Shown: positions 1 through 10,000, numbered from the stretch's first letter. The stretch is DNA of 64,000 bases from an uncultured Oscillospiraceae bacterium (GCA_944385445.1 CALWXF010000007.1:11976-75975), one strand, 5' to 3'. Notes: generated by a model from the sequence alone, not told the origin. Numbers and translations are program-made.

Positions 1-1214
1 TTCTGCTCAAGTACACCGAGAACGGCGTCACCCGTCAGGCCACCTGCACCTTGCTGGGTGAGGAGGAGATGACCCACGCCGCCGCCCTCATCTCCCACCT
101 CATCGCCTACTACCGGGACTACCAGGAGAGCGCCACCACCGACATCCTGCGCACCCTGGACGAGCTGAAGACGGTGGACGTGCACCAGTATGAGGCCTGG
201 TGCAAGATCATGGACTACTGGAGCTACATCAACACCGAGATGAAGGTGAACATCGGCGTCACGGCCGACGGTCTGCCCCAGGACGACAGCATGTGTATCG
301 TCATTCTGGGCTTCGCCCTCAACGACGACGGCACCATGAAGGAAGAGCTCATCCACCGGCTGGAGGTGGGTCTGGCCTCTGCCGAGAAGTACCCCAACGC
401 CTATGTGCTGGTCACCGGCGGCGGCACTGCTGCCAACAACCCCAACGTCACCGAGGGTGGCCTCATGGGTGAGTGGCTGCTGGCCCAGGGCCTGGACGAG
501 GATCGGCTCATTGTGGAGAACCGGGCCCCCGACACCGTGGGCAACGCTCTGAACACCTTCAACATCCTCACCTCCAAGTATCCCCAGGTGAAGAACATCG
601 TCATGGTCACCAGCGACTACCATGTGCCCCGTGGCTGCCTGCTGTTCTATTCCAAGTTCGTGCTGGCCGCCCTGGAGAGCGGACAGGAGCCTCTGACCAT
701 CGTCTCCAACGCCGGCTGTGACACCGGAAGCCAGGGCTATGAGACCATCGCCCTCCAGGCCTACGGCGTGAGCACCGTGGCTGGAGTGGACGTGCCCGCC
801 GACCAGCTGACCCTGTCCGCCCTTACCGGCATCACCGTCAAGCAGAATGCCCCCTACACCCAGGGCGGCAAGCTGGACCTCACCGTCACCGCCACCTATG
901 ACTCCGGCTACACCCGGGATGTCACCACGCTGGCCACCGTCTCCGACTTTGAGGCCGCCGGCGACACCGTCACCGTCACCTACCAGGAGAACAGCGTCAC
1001 CTGCGCCGCCACCCTCACCGTCCAGGGCGAGCAGCCCCAGGTGACTCCCACCCCCGCCCCCGAGGCCACCGACACGCCCCAGCCCACCAAAAAGCCTGAG
1101 GACGTGCCTCAGACCGGCGACGACACCACCGTCACCCTCTACGTGGTGACCCTGGCCGCCTCTCTGGCCCTGTTGGGGGGCGCCGTTGTGGTGCATCGCC
1201 GCCGTCAGCGCTAA
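1..1214 (+). CDS. 5'-truncated sortase-anchored surface protein with DUF218 (YdcF/ElyC/SanA-like) domain and Ig-like repeats
   Basis: Frame is open from nt 3. DUF218 motifs IVILG..RL..VTGG..E..M..G..E..DT.GNA..VTSDYH..R. Ig-like YQENSVTCAATLTV, echoed by YTENGVTRQATCTL at the window start. P/T linker, VPQTG, TM helix and RRRQR tail. Confidence 0.8.
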   Translation, partial: LLKYTENGVTRQATCTLLGEEEMTHAAALISHLIAYYRDYQESATTDILRTLDELKTVDVHQYEAWCKIMDYWSYINTEMKVNIGVTADGLPQDDSMCIVILGFALNDDGTMKEELIHRLEVGLASAEKYPNAYVLVTGGGTAANNPNVTEGGLMGEWLLAQGLDEDRLIVENRAPDTVGNALNTFNILTSKYPQVKNIVMVTSDYHVPRGCLLFYSKFVLAALESGQEPLTIVSNAGCDTGSQGYETIALQAYGVSTVAGVDVPADQLTLSALTGITVKQNAPYTQGGKLDLTVTATYDSGYTRDVTTLATVSDFEAAGDTVTVTYQENSVTCAATLTVQGEQPQVTPTPAPEATDTPQPTKKPEDVPQTGDDTTVTLYVVTLAASLALLGGAVVVHRRRQR

Positions 1215-1243
1215 TTGGCCGCAGGTTAGTAATTTGCTCCAAA

Positions 1244-1279
1244 AACTGCTGAGAAGCGGGTTTTCGCTTCTCAGCAGTT
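1244..1279 (+). terminator. Intrinsic terminator-like hairpin after the DUF218 gene
   Basis: AACTGCTGAGAAGCG-GGTTTT-CGCTTCTCAGCAGTT, perfect 15-bp stem. Confidence 0.7.
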
Positions 1280-1411
1280 CCTATTTTTAATAAAAATTGC
1301 CTATTTTGCCCCTGGGGATTGTGTGAAACACCGCAACGAGGCAGACCGCACAGGTGGAAAACTTGTGAAAAATGCATAGAATTTTCCCGATGGGTTTGGC
1401 TGTTCCGTCTG

Positions 1412-1440
1412 TGGACAGGTGAAAATTGGTCTGTTATCAT
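1412..1440 (+). promoter_or_regulatory. sigmaA promoter of the GH20 gene
   Basis: TGGACA-N17-TATCAT with extended -10 TG. Confidence 0.7.
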
Positions 1441-1509
1441 AGCTATAAAGGCAATAGATTCGGCACACAGCCGACGGTTTCCCCACTGGGGGTGGAACTG
1501 TCGGCCATT

Positions 1510-1538
1510 GGGATGTTACTGTTCAATCAGGCATAACC
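1510..1538 (+). promoter_or_regulatory. RAT (ribonucleic antiterminator), BglG/SacY/LicT/GlcT type
   Basis: GGGATGTTACTGTTCAATCAGGCATAACC, 29 nt, fits GGATTGTTACTG-loop-CAGGCAAAACC with a compensatory A4-U25 pair; overlaps the terminator 5' arm. Confidence 0.85.
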
Positions 1539-1619
1539 ACATGTGTCACTGCTTCGGACGAGAGGAATGGGTGATGGGACCTTTAGGTTGAGGCAGTGGG
1601 CGTGTGGTTACTCTTTTTT
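1534..1619 (+). terminator. Leader terminator overlapped by the RAT
   Basis: Arms 1534-1555 and 1590-1610 (21 bp, 4 G-U pairs, 1 bulge) followed by CTCTTTTTT. Confidence 0.8.
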
Positions 1620-1686
1620 GGGCGGAACACATCCGGCGAAACTTGCCCTAAGTACAAGAGAAGACAAGAAGGAAGAGGTGTAACGT

Positions 1687-4600
1687 ATGAAGAAGTCCCT
1701 GAAGCGCGGACTGGCCGCACTGTTGGCAGCTGTGATGCTCACCAGCGGTCTGGCCGCATCGGCGGCAGCTCAACCCAAGGCGGACAATGTGAATCTGGCC
1801 CGCCTGGACGGCGTGGTAGCCACTGCCTCCGACACCGAGACCGACCAGTTCCCCCCCTCTGCCACCATTGACGGCAACTATGAGGATACCTCCCGCTGGG
1901 GAACCAACAACGATGGCAAGGGCACCACCGAGCGCTGGCTCCAGCTGGACCTGGGCGCCCGGTACTCCATCGACAGCTTTAAGGTGTTCTGGGAGAAGAC
2001 CAACATCCAGGACTACACCATTGAGACCTCCACCGATGGCTCTGAGTGGACCCAGCAGGTGGTGGTCACCGGCGCTGCTGCCGCCCGTGAGGTGGAGCAC
2101 CAGCTGGAGAACGCTGTGGTGGCCCGCTATGTGCGTCTGAGCGTCACCAAGTACGGCCAGTCCGTGTCCAACTGGTGGAACGTGGGCGTGCGTGAGTTTG
2201 AGGTGTACGGCAATGACGAAGTGGTCCCCGTCATCGGCAACCTGGCCCGCCTGGACGGCGTGGTAGCCACTGCCTCCGACACCGAGACCGACAAGTTCCC
2301 CCCCTCCGCCACCATCGATGGCAACTATGATGAGGCCTCCCGCTGGGGTACCAACAACGATGGAAAGGGTACCACCGAGCGCTGGCTCCAGCTGAACCTG
2401 GGCGAGGAGCGCACCATCACCGGTTTCAAGGTGTTCTATGAGAAGACCAACATCGAGGACTATGTGATCGAGACCTCCAACGACGGCCAGGAGTGGACCC
2501 AGCAGATCGCTGTGGAGAACGCCGGCGGCACCCTGGAGCCCGAGCACCAGCTGGCCGATGCGGTCACCGCTCAGTATGTGCGTCTGCGTGTGACCCGCTA
2601 CGGCCAGGCCGTGGCCAACTGGTACAACGTGGGCGTGCGTGAGTTTGAGGTGTACGGCCACATGCCCGAGGATGCTGGCAGCGATGTGGTGGAGCTCCCC
2701 GAGGGCACCAACATCGCCCGTCAGAACGGCGTGATCGCCTCCGCCACCAACGTGGAGAGCGGCACCACCTTCACCGCCGACAAGGCCCGGGACGGCAACA
2801 AGACGGATAAGCCCTCCCGCTGGGCCACCGACATCGGCGTGAAGAACCCCACCATCACCTACAACCTGGGCGCCACCTACCATGTGGGCAGCGTCATCCT
2901 CTACTGGGAGAGCAACAACCCCGACAAGTGGTATGTGCAGACCTCCATGGACGGGGAGAACTGGGACACCCAGGCCACCTTCGAGGGTAAGCTGACTCCC
3001 GCCACCGCCCCCATCCAGACCGTGAACTTTGAGAGCATTGTGGAGGCCCGCTATGTCCGGGTGTGGGTGGAGAAGTACAGCAGCGCCACCTGGAACAACG
3101 TGGCTATGTATGAGTTTGAGGTGTACCAGGAGGAGTCTGAGATCGTGGTCACCCCCGCCAACACCGCTGCCGCTCTGGCCCAGAGCGTCCAGATTCAGGA
3201 CGGCAAGGTGGTCATGACCGGCGAGGTGCCCGAGAAGTACACCGCCACCTGGGGCTGCAACTATGAGCAGGTGGTGGATGCCTCCGGCGCCATCCACACC
3301 CCCCTGGTGGATACCACCGTGGAGATCTCCGTCACTGTGCGTGATAAGAACGACACCACCACCTGTGGCTCTGCCACCGTGGAGCTGGACATCCCCGGCG
3401 TCAACTCCGCCAACGAGGGCAACAAGAAGCCCGCCGTGGTGCCTGAGCTGGCCCAGTGGTACTCCGCTGCCGACCAGAAGGGTCTGACCTATGCCATCAC
3501 CGCCGACAGCCGCATCGTTGCCGACGAGACCTATGCCTCCGTGGCTCAGGAGCTCCAGGCCGACCTGAAGGACCTGTTCGGCCTGACCCTGCCCATCGTC
3601 AACGACACTCCCAAGGCCGGCGACATCAGCCTGGTGTACCACGATCAGGCTGGCTTCGACAAGGAGACCTACAACATGGTGGTCACCGACCAGGTGGTCA
3701 TCCAGGCCAACGACGCCACCGGCGCCTACTGGGGCACCCGCTCTGTGCTCCAGGCCCTGCAGCTGTCCGGTAACCTGACCATCGCCCAGGGCACCGCCTG
3801 TGACTACCCCGAGTTTGAGAACCGTGGCTTCATGCTGGACGTGGGCCGTAAGCCCACCTCCATGGAGACTCTGAAGACCATCTCCAAGACCATGGCCTGG
3901 TACAAGATGAACAGCTTCCATGTGCACCTGAGCGACAACCTCATCTTCATGGAGGATTACGTCAACGCAGGTCAGCAGGAGCGGGCTTGGGAGTCCTACC
4001 AGGGCTACCGCCTGGAGTACTCCGATGAGGGCCTGACCTCCAAGGACTACTACTACACCAAGGCCGAGTTCAAGGAGTTTATGAGCTACTCCCGTGCCCT
4101 GGGCGTGGATATTATCCCCGAGCTGGACGTGCCTGCCCACGCTCTGTCCATCACCAACTACATCAAGAACGAGCTCAATCGTCCTGACCTGGTGCTCAAC
4201 AAGCTGGGCGGCAGCCGCCCCTGGTTCGACCATGTGGACATCAGCAAGCAGGAGGGCATTGACATCATCAAGGACATCTATGCCGAGTATATCGACGAGG
4301 ACATCTTTGATGAGAACACCATCGTGCACATCGGTGCCGACGAGTTCTATGACAGCCACCCCGCTTACCGTGACTTCCTCATCCAGATGATCGACTACAT
4401 CCAGAACGAGAAGCATCGTCAGGTCCGGGTCTGGGGCAGCTTGACCTCTATGAGCGGAACTCCTTCTGAGCACCCCTTCACCGCCGATGACGTGCAGGGC
4501 GCTCAGATGAACATCTGGAACACTGGCTGGGCCAATCCTCAGCAGATGTTCAACCTGGGCTTCGGCCTGGTCAACACCATTGACGGCTACCTGTACATGG

Positions 4601-6588
4601 TGCCCAGCGGCAACGGCAGCGTGGGCGGCTACGGCGACTGGCTGAATTCCCAGAGCCTGTACAACTCTTGGGAGCCCGAGAACATGGGCGGTACCTGGAT
4701 CCCCTCCGGCTCCGCTCAGATGCTGGGCGCCTGCTACGCCATCTGGAACGACAACATTGACACCCGTGCCGCTGGCATCAACGAGACGGATATCTATTCC
4801 CGGTTCGTGGACGCTCTGCCCTACCTGGGCACCAAGATGTGGGGCACTGGCGGCAACGGCCTGGACCGTGACTACGCCACCCTGAAGGCTGACGTGGCCA
4901 CCCTGGGCGCTGCCCCCAACACCAACCCCTATCACACCATCGACCTGGCCGAGGGCACTCAGGAGTACGCTCAGTATTCCTTCACCGACACCCAGGACCG
5001 CTCCGGCAACGACCGTGACCTGACCCTCAACGGTGCCTCCCTCACCGACGGCACCCTGACCCTCACCGGGGACAGCTCCTACGCCTCCACCGGTCTGGAC
5101 GTCATGGGCCCCAAGAACACCGTGTCCCTGCGGCTGTTTAAGGCCAGCACCTCCAACTCCGGCGAGCAGATCATTCTGGAAGCCGACGCCGCCTACGGCG
5201 AGACCACCGTGAAGGCCATTGCCAATGAGGACGGCACCTGGAAGCTGGGCTTTGCCCGTGAGCTGTACGAGTACGAGTTCGACTACAACCTGCCCTGCGA
5301 TGAGTGGGTGGAGCTGACCATCACCAACGAGGGCAACAAGACCTACCTGCTGGTGGACGGCCAGAAGATCGCCGCTGTGGGTTACTTCCTCCCCGACGAG
5401 CACGCCACCACCAACTTCATGGGTAAGACTGGCATCCAGTACTCCGCCTTTAACATCCCCGTGGCCCGCATCGGCTCTGAGACCAACTCCTTTGTGGGTC
5501 AGGTGGACGATGTGATGTTCTACGCCAACGGCGTGACTCCCACCGCCAAGCACCAGGTGACCTTCAACTCCATGGGCGGCTCCGCTGTGGAGGCCGTGGT
5601 GGTGGCCGATGGCCAGACCGTGGCTCAGCCCGAGGCTCCCGTGATGGAGGGCTACACCTTCGCCGGCTGGTACACCGACGAGAACTGCACCACCGCCTAC
5701 GACTTTGACACCGCTGTCACTGCCGACATCACCCTGTATGCCAAGTGGACTGCCAACGAGCCCGCCGACACCACTCTGCTCAAGGACATCTATGACAGAG
5801 CTGCGGCGGAGGACTACTCCAACCTCATCGACAGCGCCAAGGCCTACTATGAGAAGGCTCTGGCTGATGCCGAGGCCATCCTGGCTGATCCCGCCGCTTA
5901 CACCCAGGCTCAGGTGGAAGAGGTCACCGACCGCCTGCTCAACGCCGTGTGGATGCTGGACTGGGTCAAGGGCAACCCCGCCGCCCTCCAGCTCCTGGTG
6001 GACCGCGCCAACCAGATGATGGAGAACGAAGACAAGTATGTCTCTGACAACTGGCAGTTGCTGGTGGACGCTCTGGCCGACGCCGAGAAGATCCTGGCCG
6101 AGGCTGGCGACACCATGCAGGGTGCAATGGACGATGCCGCTGACGCTCTGCTGGATGCCATCCTGGCCCAGCGCTATAAGGCAGACAAGTCCATCCTGGA
6201 AGACCTGATCGGCAAGGCCGAGAGCATGGACCTGTCCAGCTACACCGCTGAGTCCGTGGCCGTGTTCCGCACTGCGCTGGCCAATGCCCAGACTGTCATG
6301 GCCGACGAGACCCTCTCCGAGGACGACCAGGCCGTGGTCAACGAGGCTGTGGCCGCCCTCAGCGACGCCATGAACGGCCTCACCGCCGGCGGCGCTCCCG
6401 AGACCACCGACAAGCCCGAGGCCTCCCAGAAGCCTGAGAACACCGACAAGCCTCAGGCCACTGAGAAGCCCGAGAAGGTGCCTCAGACCGGCGACTCCAG
6501 CCTGCTGCTGGTGTATGTGGCTGTCCTGGCCTCCGCCATGCTGCTGCTGAGCACTGCCGTGGTGGTGCGCAAGCAGACCCGCCGTTAA
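1687..6588 (+). CDS. Multimodular sortase-anchored GH20 beta-N-acetylhexosaminidase / lacto-N-biosidase-like enzyme
   Basis: Signal peptide; 3 F5/8-type C (CBM32) modules; GH20 motifs RGFMLDVGR, HVHLSDN, PELDVPAH, HIGADE; LamG-like domain; InlB B-repeat (VTFNSMGGS..GWY..LYAKW); FIVAR-like helices; VPQTG+TM+basic tail. Confidence 0.9.
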   Translation: MKKSLKRGLAALLAAVMLTSGLAASAAAQPKADNVNLARLDGVVATASDTETDQFPPSATIDGNYEDTSRWGTNNDGKGTTERWLQLDLGARYSIDSFKVFWEKTNIQDYTIETSTDGSEWTQQVVVTGAAAAREVEHQLENAVVARYVRLSVTKYGQSVSNWWNVGVREFEVYGNDEVVPVIGNLARLDGVVATASDTETDKFPPSATIDGNYDEASRWGTNNDGKGTTERWLQLNLGEERTITGFKVFYEKTNIEDYVIETSNDGQEWTQQIAVENAGGTLEPEHQLADAVTAQYVRLRVTRYGQAVANWYNVGVREFEVYGHMPEDAGSDVVELPEGTNIARQNGVIASATNVESGTTFTADKARDGNKTDKPSRWATDIGVKNPTITYNLGATYHVGSVILYWESNNPDKWYVQTSMDGENWDTQATFEGKLTPATAPIQTVNFESIVEARYVRVWVEKYSSATWNNVAMYEFEVYQEESEIVVTPANTAAALAQSVQIQDGKVVMTGEVPEKYTATWGCNYEQVVDASGAIHTPLVDTTVEISVTVRDKNDTTTCGSATVELDIPGVNSANEGNKKPAVVPELAQWYSAADQKGLTYAITADSRIVADETYASVAQELQADLKDLFGLTLPIVNDTPKAGDISLVYHDQAGFDKETYNMVVTDQVVIQANDATGAYWGTRSVLQALQLSGNLTIAQGTACDYPEFENRGFMLDVGRKPTSMETLKTISKTMAWYKMNSFHVHLSDNLIFMEDYVNAGQQERAWESYQGYRLEYSDEGLTSKDYYYTKAEFKEFMSYSRALGVDIIPELDVPAHALSITNYIKNELNRPDLVLNKLGGSRPWFDHVDISKQEGIDIIKDIYAEYIDEDIFDENTIVHIGADEFYDSHPAYRDFLIQMIDYIQNEKHRQVRVWGSLTSMSGTPSEHPFTADDVQGAQMNIWNTGWANPQQMFNLGFGLVNTIDGYLYMVPSGNGSVGGYGDWLNSQSLYNSWEPENMGGTWIPSGSAQMLGACYAIWNDNIDTRAAGINETDIYSRFVDALPYLGTKMWGTGGNGLDRDYATLKADVATLGAAPNTNPYHTIDLAEGTQEYAQYSFTDTQDRSGNDRDLTLNGASLTDGTLTLTGDSSYASTGLDVMGPKNTVSLRLFKASTSNSGEQIILEADAAYGETTVKAIANEDGTWKLGFARELYEYEFDYNLPCDEWVELTITNEGNKTYLLVDGQKIAAVGYFLPDEHATTNFMGKTGIQYSAFNIPVARIGSETNSFVGQVDDVMFYANGVTPTAKHQVTFNSMGGSAVEAVVVADGQTVAQPEAPVMEGYTFAGWYTDENCTTAYDFDTAVTADITLYAKWTANEPADTTLLKDIYDRAAAEDYSNLIDSAKAYYEKALADAEAILADPAAYTQAQVEEVTDRLLNAVWMLDWVKGNPAALQLLVDRANQMMENEDKYVSDNWQLLVDALADAEKILAEAGDTMQGAMDDAADALLDAILAQRYKADKSILEDLIGKAESMDLSSYTAESVAVFRTALANAQTVMADETLSEDDQAVVNEAVAALSDAMNGLTAGGAPETTDKPEASQKPENTDKPQATEKPEKVPQTGDSSLLLVYVAVLASAMLLLSTAVVVRKQTRR
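1792..2658 (+). repeat. Intragenic tandem duplication of a CBM32 module (447-bp period)
   Basis: 1792-2211 and 2239-2658 share long identical DNA runs; NLARLDGVVATASDTETD..VGVREFEVYG occurs twice. Confidence 0.9.
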
Positions 6589-6601
6589 ACTCCCAATAGG
6601 C

Positions 6602-6639
6602 AAAAAAGTACGGTCAGCTTCGGCTGACCGTACTTTTTT
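6602..6639 (+). terminator. Terminator of the GH20 gene (shared AAAAAAGTACGGTCAG family)
   Basis: AAAAAAGTACGGTCAGC-TTCG-GCTGACCGTACTTTTTT. Confidence 0.9.
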
Positions 6640-6662
6640 ATGTTTTGAGCCTAGATAGAACG

Positions 6663-7006
6663 TGCTTCCTTCTCCGATTTCCCCGGTAGAACCCAGCGCC
6701 CTTCCGGGGACGCTCCGCTGGGGTAACTTTCTGCCGCCAGAAAGTCACCAAAGACCGCCAAAGGCGGGGCCTTCCCCCGCCTTGTGGAATCCACCCCGCG
6801 GTACTGGGAGCCCCTGCGCCTCCTTGTTTCGGCCCTTGGCATGATAGTGTCACATAGATGGCGTGGAACTTCTACAGAAAATACCTACTTCTCTAGCAGA
6901 CAGTGCTTCTATCGCCAGGGCCTTACCCTGGTGTGCCGCTGTTCCCAGCGGAGCGTCCCCGGCTGGGACGCTGGGTTTTGCCTGAGAAATTGGAGAAGAA
7001 CAAGCT
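6663..7006. repeat. Family A palindromic/MITE-like element, copy 1
   Basis: Perfect 19-bp IR CCGGGGACGCTCCGCTGGG (6704-6722 / 6944-6962), extended imperfectly outward; internal modules shared with copies at 13441, 23838 and 41953. Confidence 0.8.
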
Positions 7007-7013
7007 CCCTATA

Positions 7014-7054
7014 AAGAAAAAAGTACGGCCAGATTTCTCTGACCGTACTTTCTT
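7014..7054 (-). terminator. Terminator of the phosphoesterase gene (shared family)
   Basis: Minus strand AAGTACGGTCAGA-GAAA-TCTGGCCGTACTT-TTTT. Confidence 0.85.
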
Positions 7055-7068
7055 GTTTTATAAGGGGA

Positions 7069-10000
7069 TTAGCTGCGACGACGGCGCACCGTCACCACAG
7101 CCGCCAGCCCAGCGGCGGACAGTGCCAGAGCACTGAATACCAGGCCCAGCTGGGCGGCGTCCCCGGTCTGGGGCACGTCGGTCTCCGGCTTCTGGGTGGC
7201 CTCAGGATTGGTGGAGGTCTCGGGGGCGGGGGTGGCGGTCACCTCAGGGGAGGGAGTGACCTCCGGGGAGGGAGTGGGCTGCTCCGTCTCCTGCTGGGTC
7301 AGCTCGTACACCGCCACGGTGCCGGACACCTCACAGGCGGCCAGCAGCATGGGCTGCCCGGTGGGACTCTGCTGGGCGGAGAGGAAGGCCAGACCCTCGG
7401 GGGCCACATCGCCGCCAGTGACCCACTTGTCCAGCTCGCCGTCCTCGTACACCTCAGAGCCGGGGATGATGGAGCCGAAATCCCGGGAATTGATATAGTT
7501 GACGTAGGTCACAGCATCGGGGTCGGTGACGTCGTACACCATCACGCCGCCGGTGCGCTCCAGAGCCACAAAGGCGTAGGTCTTGCCGTCCACCACGCCC
7601 ACGGTGACGCTCTCCGCCTCAGGGCCCTTCTTGCCGGAGCGGTCATCCAGGGCGGCGTTGTCGTTGGAGGTGTTGAAGTAGTCGGGGAAGTAGCGGGCGG
7701 TGAGGGACTCAAAGTCGTCCCCGCTGGTGAACACCTCCTGAATGCCATCCTCGGTCACGGCGTAGAGGGTGAAGGAGCGGCCGCCGAACAGGTAGTCCTT
7801 GGAGGAATCCAGGCCGTCATAGCCCTTGGCGCTCTCGGTTTTGCTCTCCTCGCCGAAGTACACCACTTTGCCGCTGATTTCACCCTCGGCGATGTTGCCA
7901 GCGGGGGAGGCGGCGCCCTTCTTGGCCTCGTTCTCGTTGAGGTAGTCCTCCCACTCCCGGCTGTCGCCCTCGTTGGCGCACACCAGGTAGGTCACCCCGT
8001 CCACCTCATAGGCGGCGATGCCGTCGGGCATGCGGATGCCCAGCACATTCTCATAGGTCTGGGGGTTGTAGGCCTCGTCCCCCTTGTCCAGGTCCACGGG
8101 GGTGACGGAGTAGTCCTCAAAGCCGCAGGAGTAGATGCCGGTGAAGGTGCGGGTGGTGAGGTCCAGCACGGCGATGGCGTTGGCCTCCTGCAAGGTCACA
8201 TAGGCCTTGGAGCCGGACACGGCGATGTACTCCGGCTCCAGGTCGGTGGAGGGATTGGAGCCCTGCTTCAAGATGATGTGGTTGGCGGTGAGCTGGTCCC
8301 GCTGGGTGTCGAACCCGTCAAAGGTCACCACCTGGGCGGTGCCGGTGGCCACGTCCACCACGGACACCGAGCCCTTGGGGTCGATGGCGTCGGCGGTGTA
8401 GCCCATGCGGGGTTCGCCCTCGTCGGCGGAGAGGACGGTGTTGTCATCGGCGAAGGTCACCATGTCCGGCTGCACGCCCACTTCCACCAGCTTGTCCAGG
8501 GTCAGGGAGCCGTCGGCGTTGCAGGTAAACAGGGCCACCCGGCCAGCGTCGGCGTAGCCGGCGGCCTGGAGGGCGGCGGCCAGGGTGGAACCGTCGGGGG
8601 AGACGGCCACAGAGGTCATGTCGCCGTAGGCAAAGGTGGGGTCGGTCTCCTCCACCATGGCCTTGATGTCAATGTCGTTGCCGTCCAGCAGGTCCACGGT
8701 GTCCTTCTCCTCCAGGGTCTTGAGGGGAATGGCGGTGAGCAGGCCGGACTGGCCGTTAACGGCGTAGGCCCAGCCGGTGGCGGCGTTGTAGGAGACAATC
8801 TCCATGACGCCTCCGTCCACGTTGAACTCCCCGGAGGTATACCCGGCGATCTTGGTCACGTCCAGTTGGGAAGCGCCGTTCTCCTCGCCCTGGGTCTGTG
8901 CGCCGCCGTCGGTGTTCTTGGTGACGGTGAAGTGGTCAATGGGGGTGGAGTCGGGGGTCTCGCTGTCCCCGCTGAGGTTGTACACGTTCACGGTGATGGT
9001 GTTCCCCTCCACGTCAAACAGGGCGTAGCTGGGGCTGTAGTCCTGGTTCCACTCCTGGTTGCCCACCGGCAGGTTGCCTGCCAGGTAGGCCTGAGAGCCA
9101 GTCTCGCCGTTGGCCAGCACCGGGTAGTCCACGTTGTTGGCCTTGTCCACGGACTGGAAGGGGGTGTAGTACTGCATGTCGGAGGCGCAGTTTCCGGTGA
9201 GGTAGATGGTGCCGTCGGGGTCATAGAAGGTGTCCAGGGCCTCGGCGTTGCGCTGGCCGTCCTTGAGCACATAGCTGCGGGAGTACACATGGTCGTGGCC
9301 GCCCAGAACTAAGTCCACGTCGAAGTCGTCCATCAGGGCCTCGAACCCGGCGTCCACATAGTTCTCAATGTCCGAGTCGGCAGCGTGCTTGGCCACGGTC
9401 TGGGTGGACTTGTGGTGGGTGACGATGAGCCAGTCATACTGGCCCTGATACTCCTGGGTGGCGCTGGTGAGGGTGCGGCGGAAGTTCTCCACCATGGCCT
9501 CGGCCTCGGAGTTGTCCTTGGAGGCGCTGGGCACGCTGGCGTTGTCCCCGTTTTCACCCTCCAGGTCGTCGTTGCCGCCGGGGTAGGCGCCGGTGTTCAG
9601 GGTGACAAAGAGCACGTTGTTGTAGAGATAGTAGTAGTTGCCCTTTGTCTCCATCTCCCGGCGCTCGGTGAAGTCGTACTGACCGTCGGCGTTGGGGGTG
9701 ACACCGTTGCTGTTACTCTGATTGGCAATCTCCTCGGCGGTGGCCTGGATGTAGTTGCCGTGGCTCTGGCTGGTGCCGCTGTTCTGGCCCCGGAAGGTGG
9801 TCTTCACCTGCTCCAGCAGGGTGTCGGTGCCGGAAAGGCCGTCCTGGGCCACCTCCATCTGGTTGGGGAGGTTGAAGTGGTCGGCGAACATGTAGTGGCG
9901 GTCGTGGTTGCCCACGGCGGGGGCGTAGGCGATGGAGGTCATCTCCTCAGGGGCAAAGAAGGCCTCGTACTCGCTGGACTTGCCCCAGCTCTGGTCCTCC

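Noticed and set aside
1648-6603. 1651-aa antisense ORF; likewise 52094-55897, 10759-12795, 26532-28154, 28215-29990 and 49050-50948
   Set aside because: Shadow frames opposite strongly biased high-GC genes; G/V/H/L-rich, no motifs, no RBS
6638-7136. Short ORFs over family A/B repeats (also 13392-14236, 23777-24564, 41968-42687, 60252-60491)
   Set aside because: Translations of palindromic repeats (e.g. APLCKG, PPKAGPSPALWNPP recur at several loci); no RBS or coding bias
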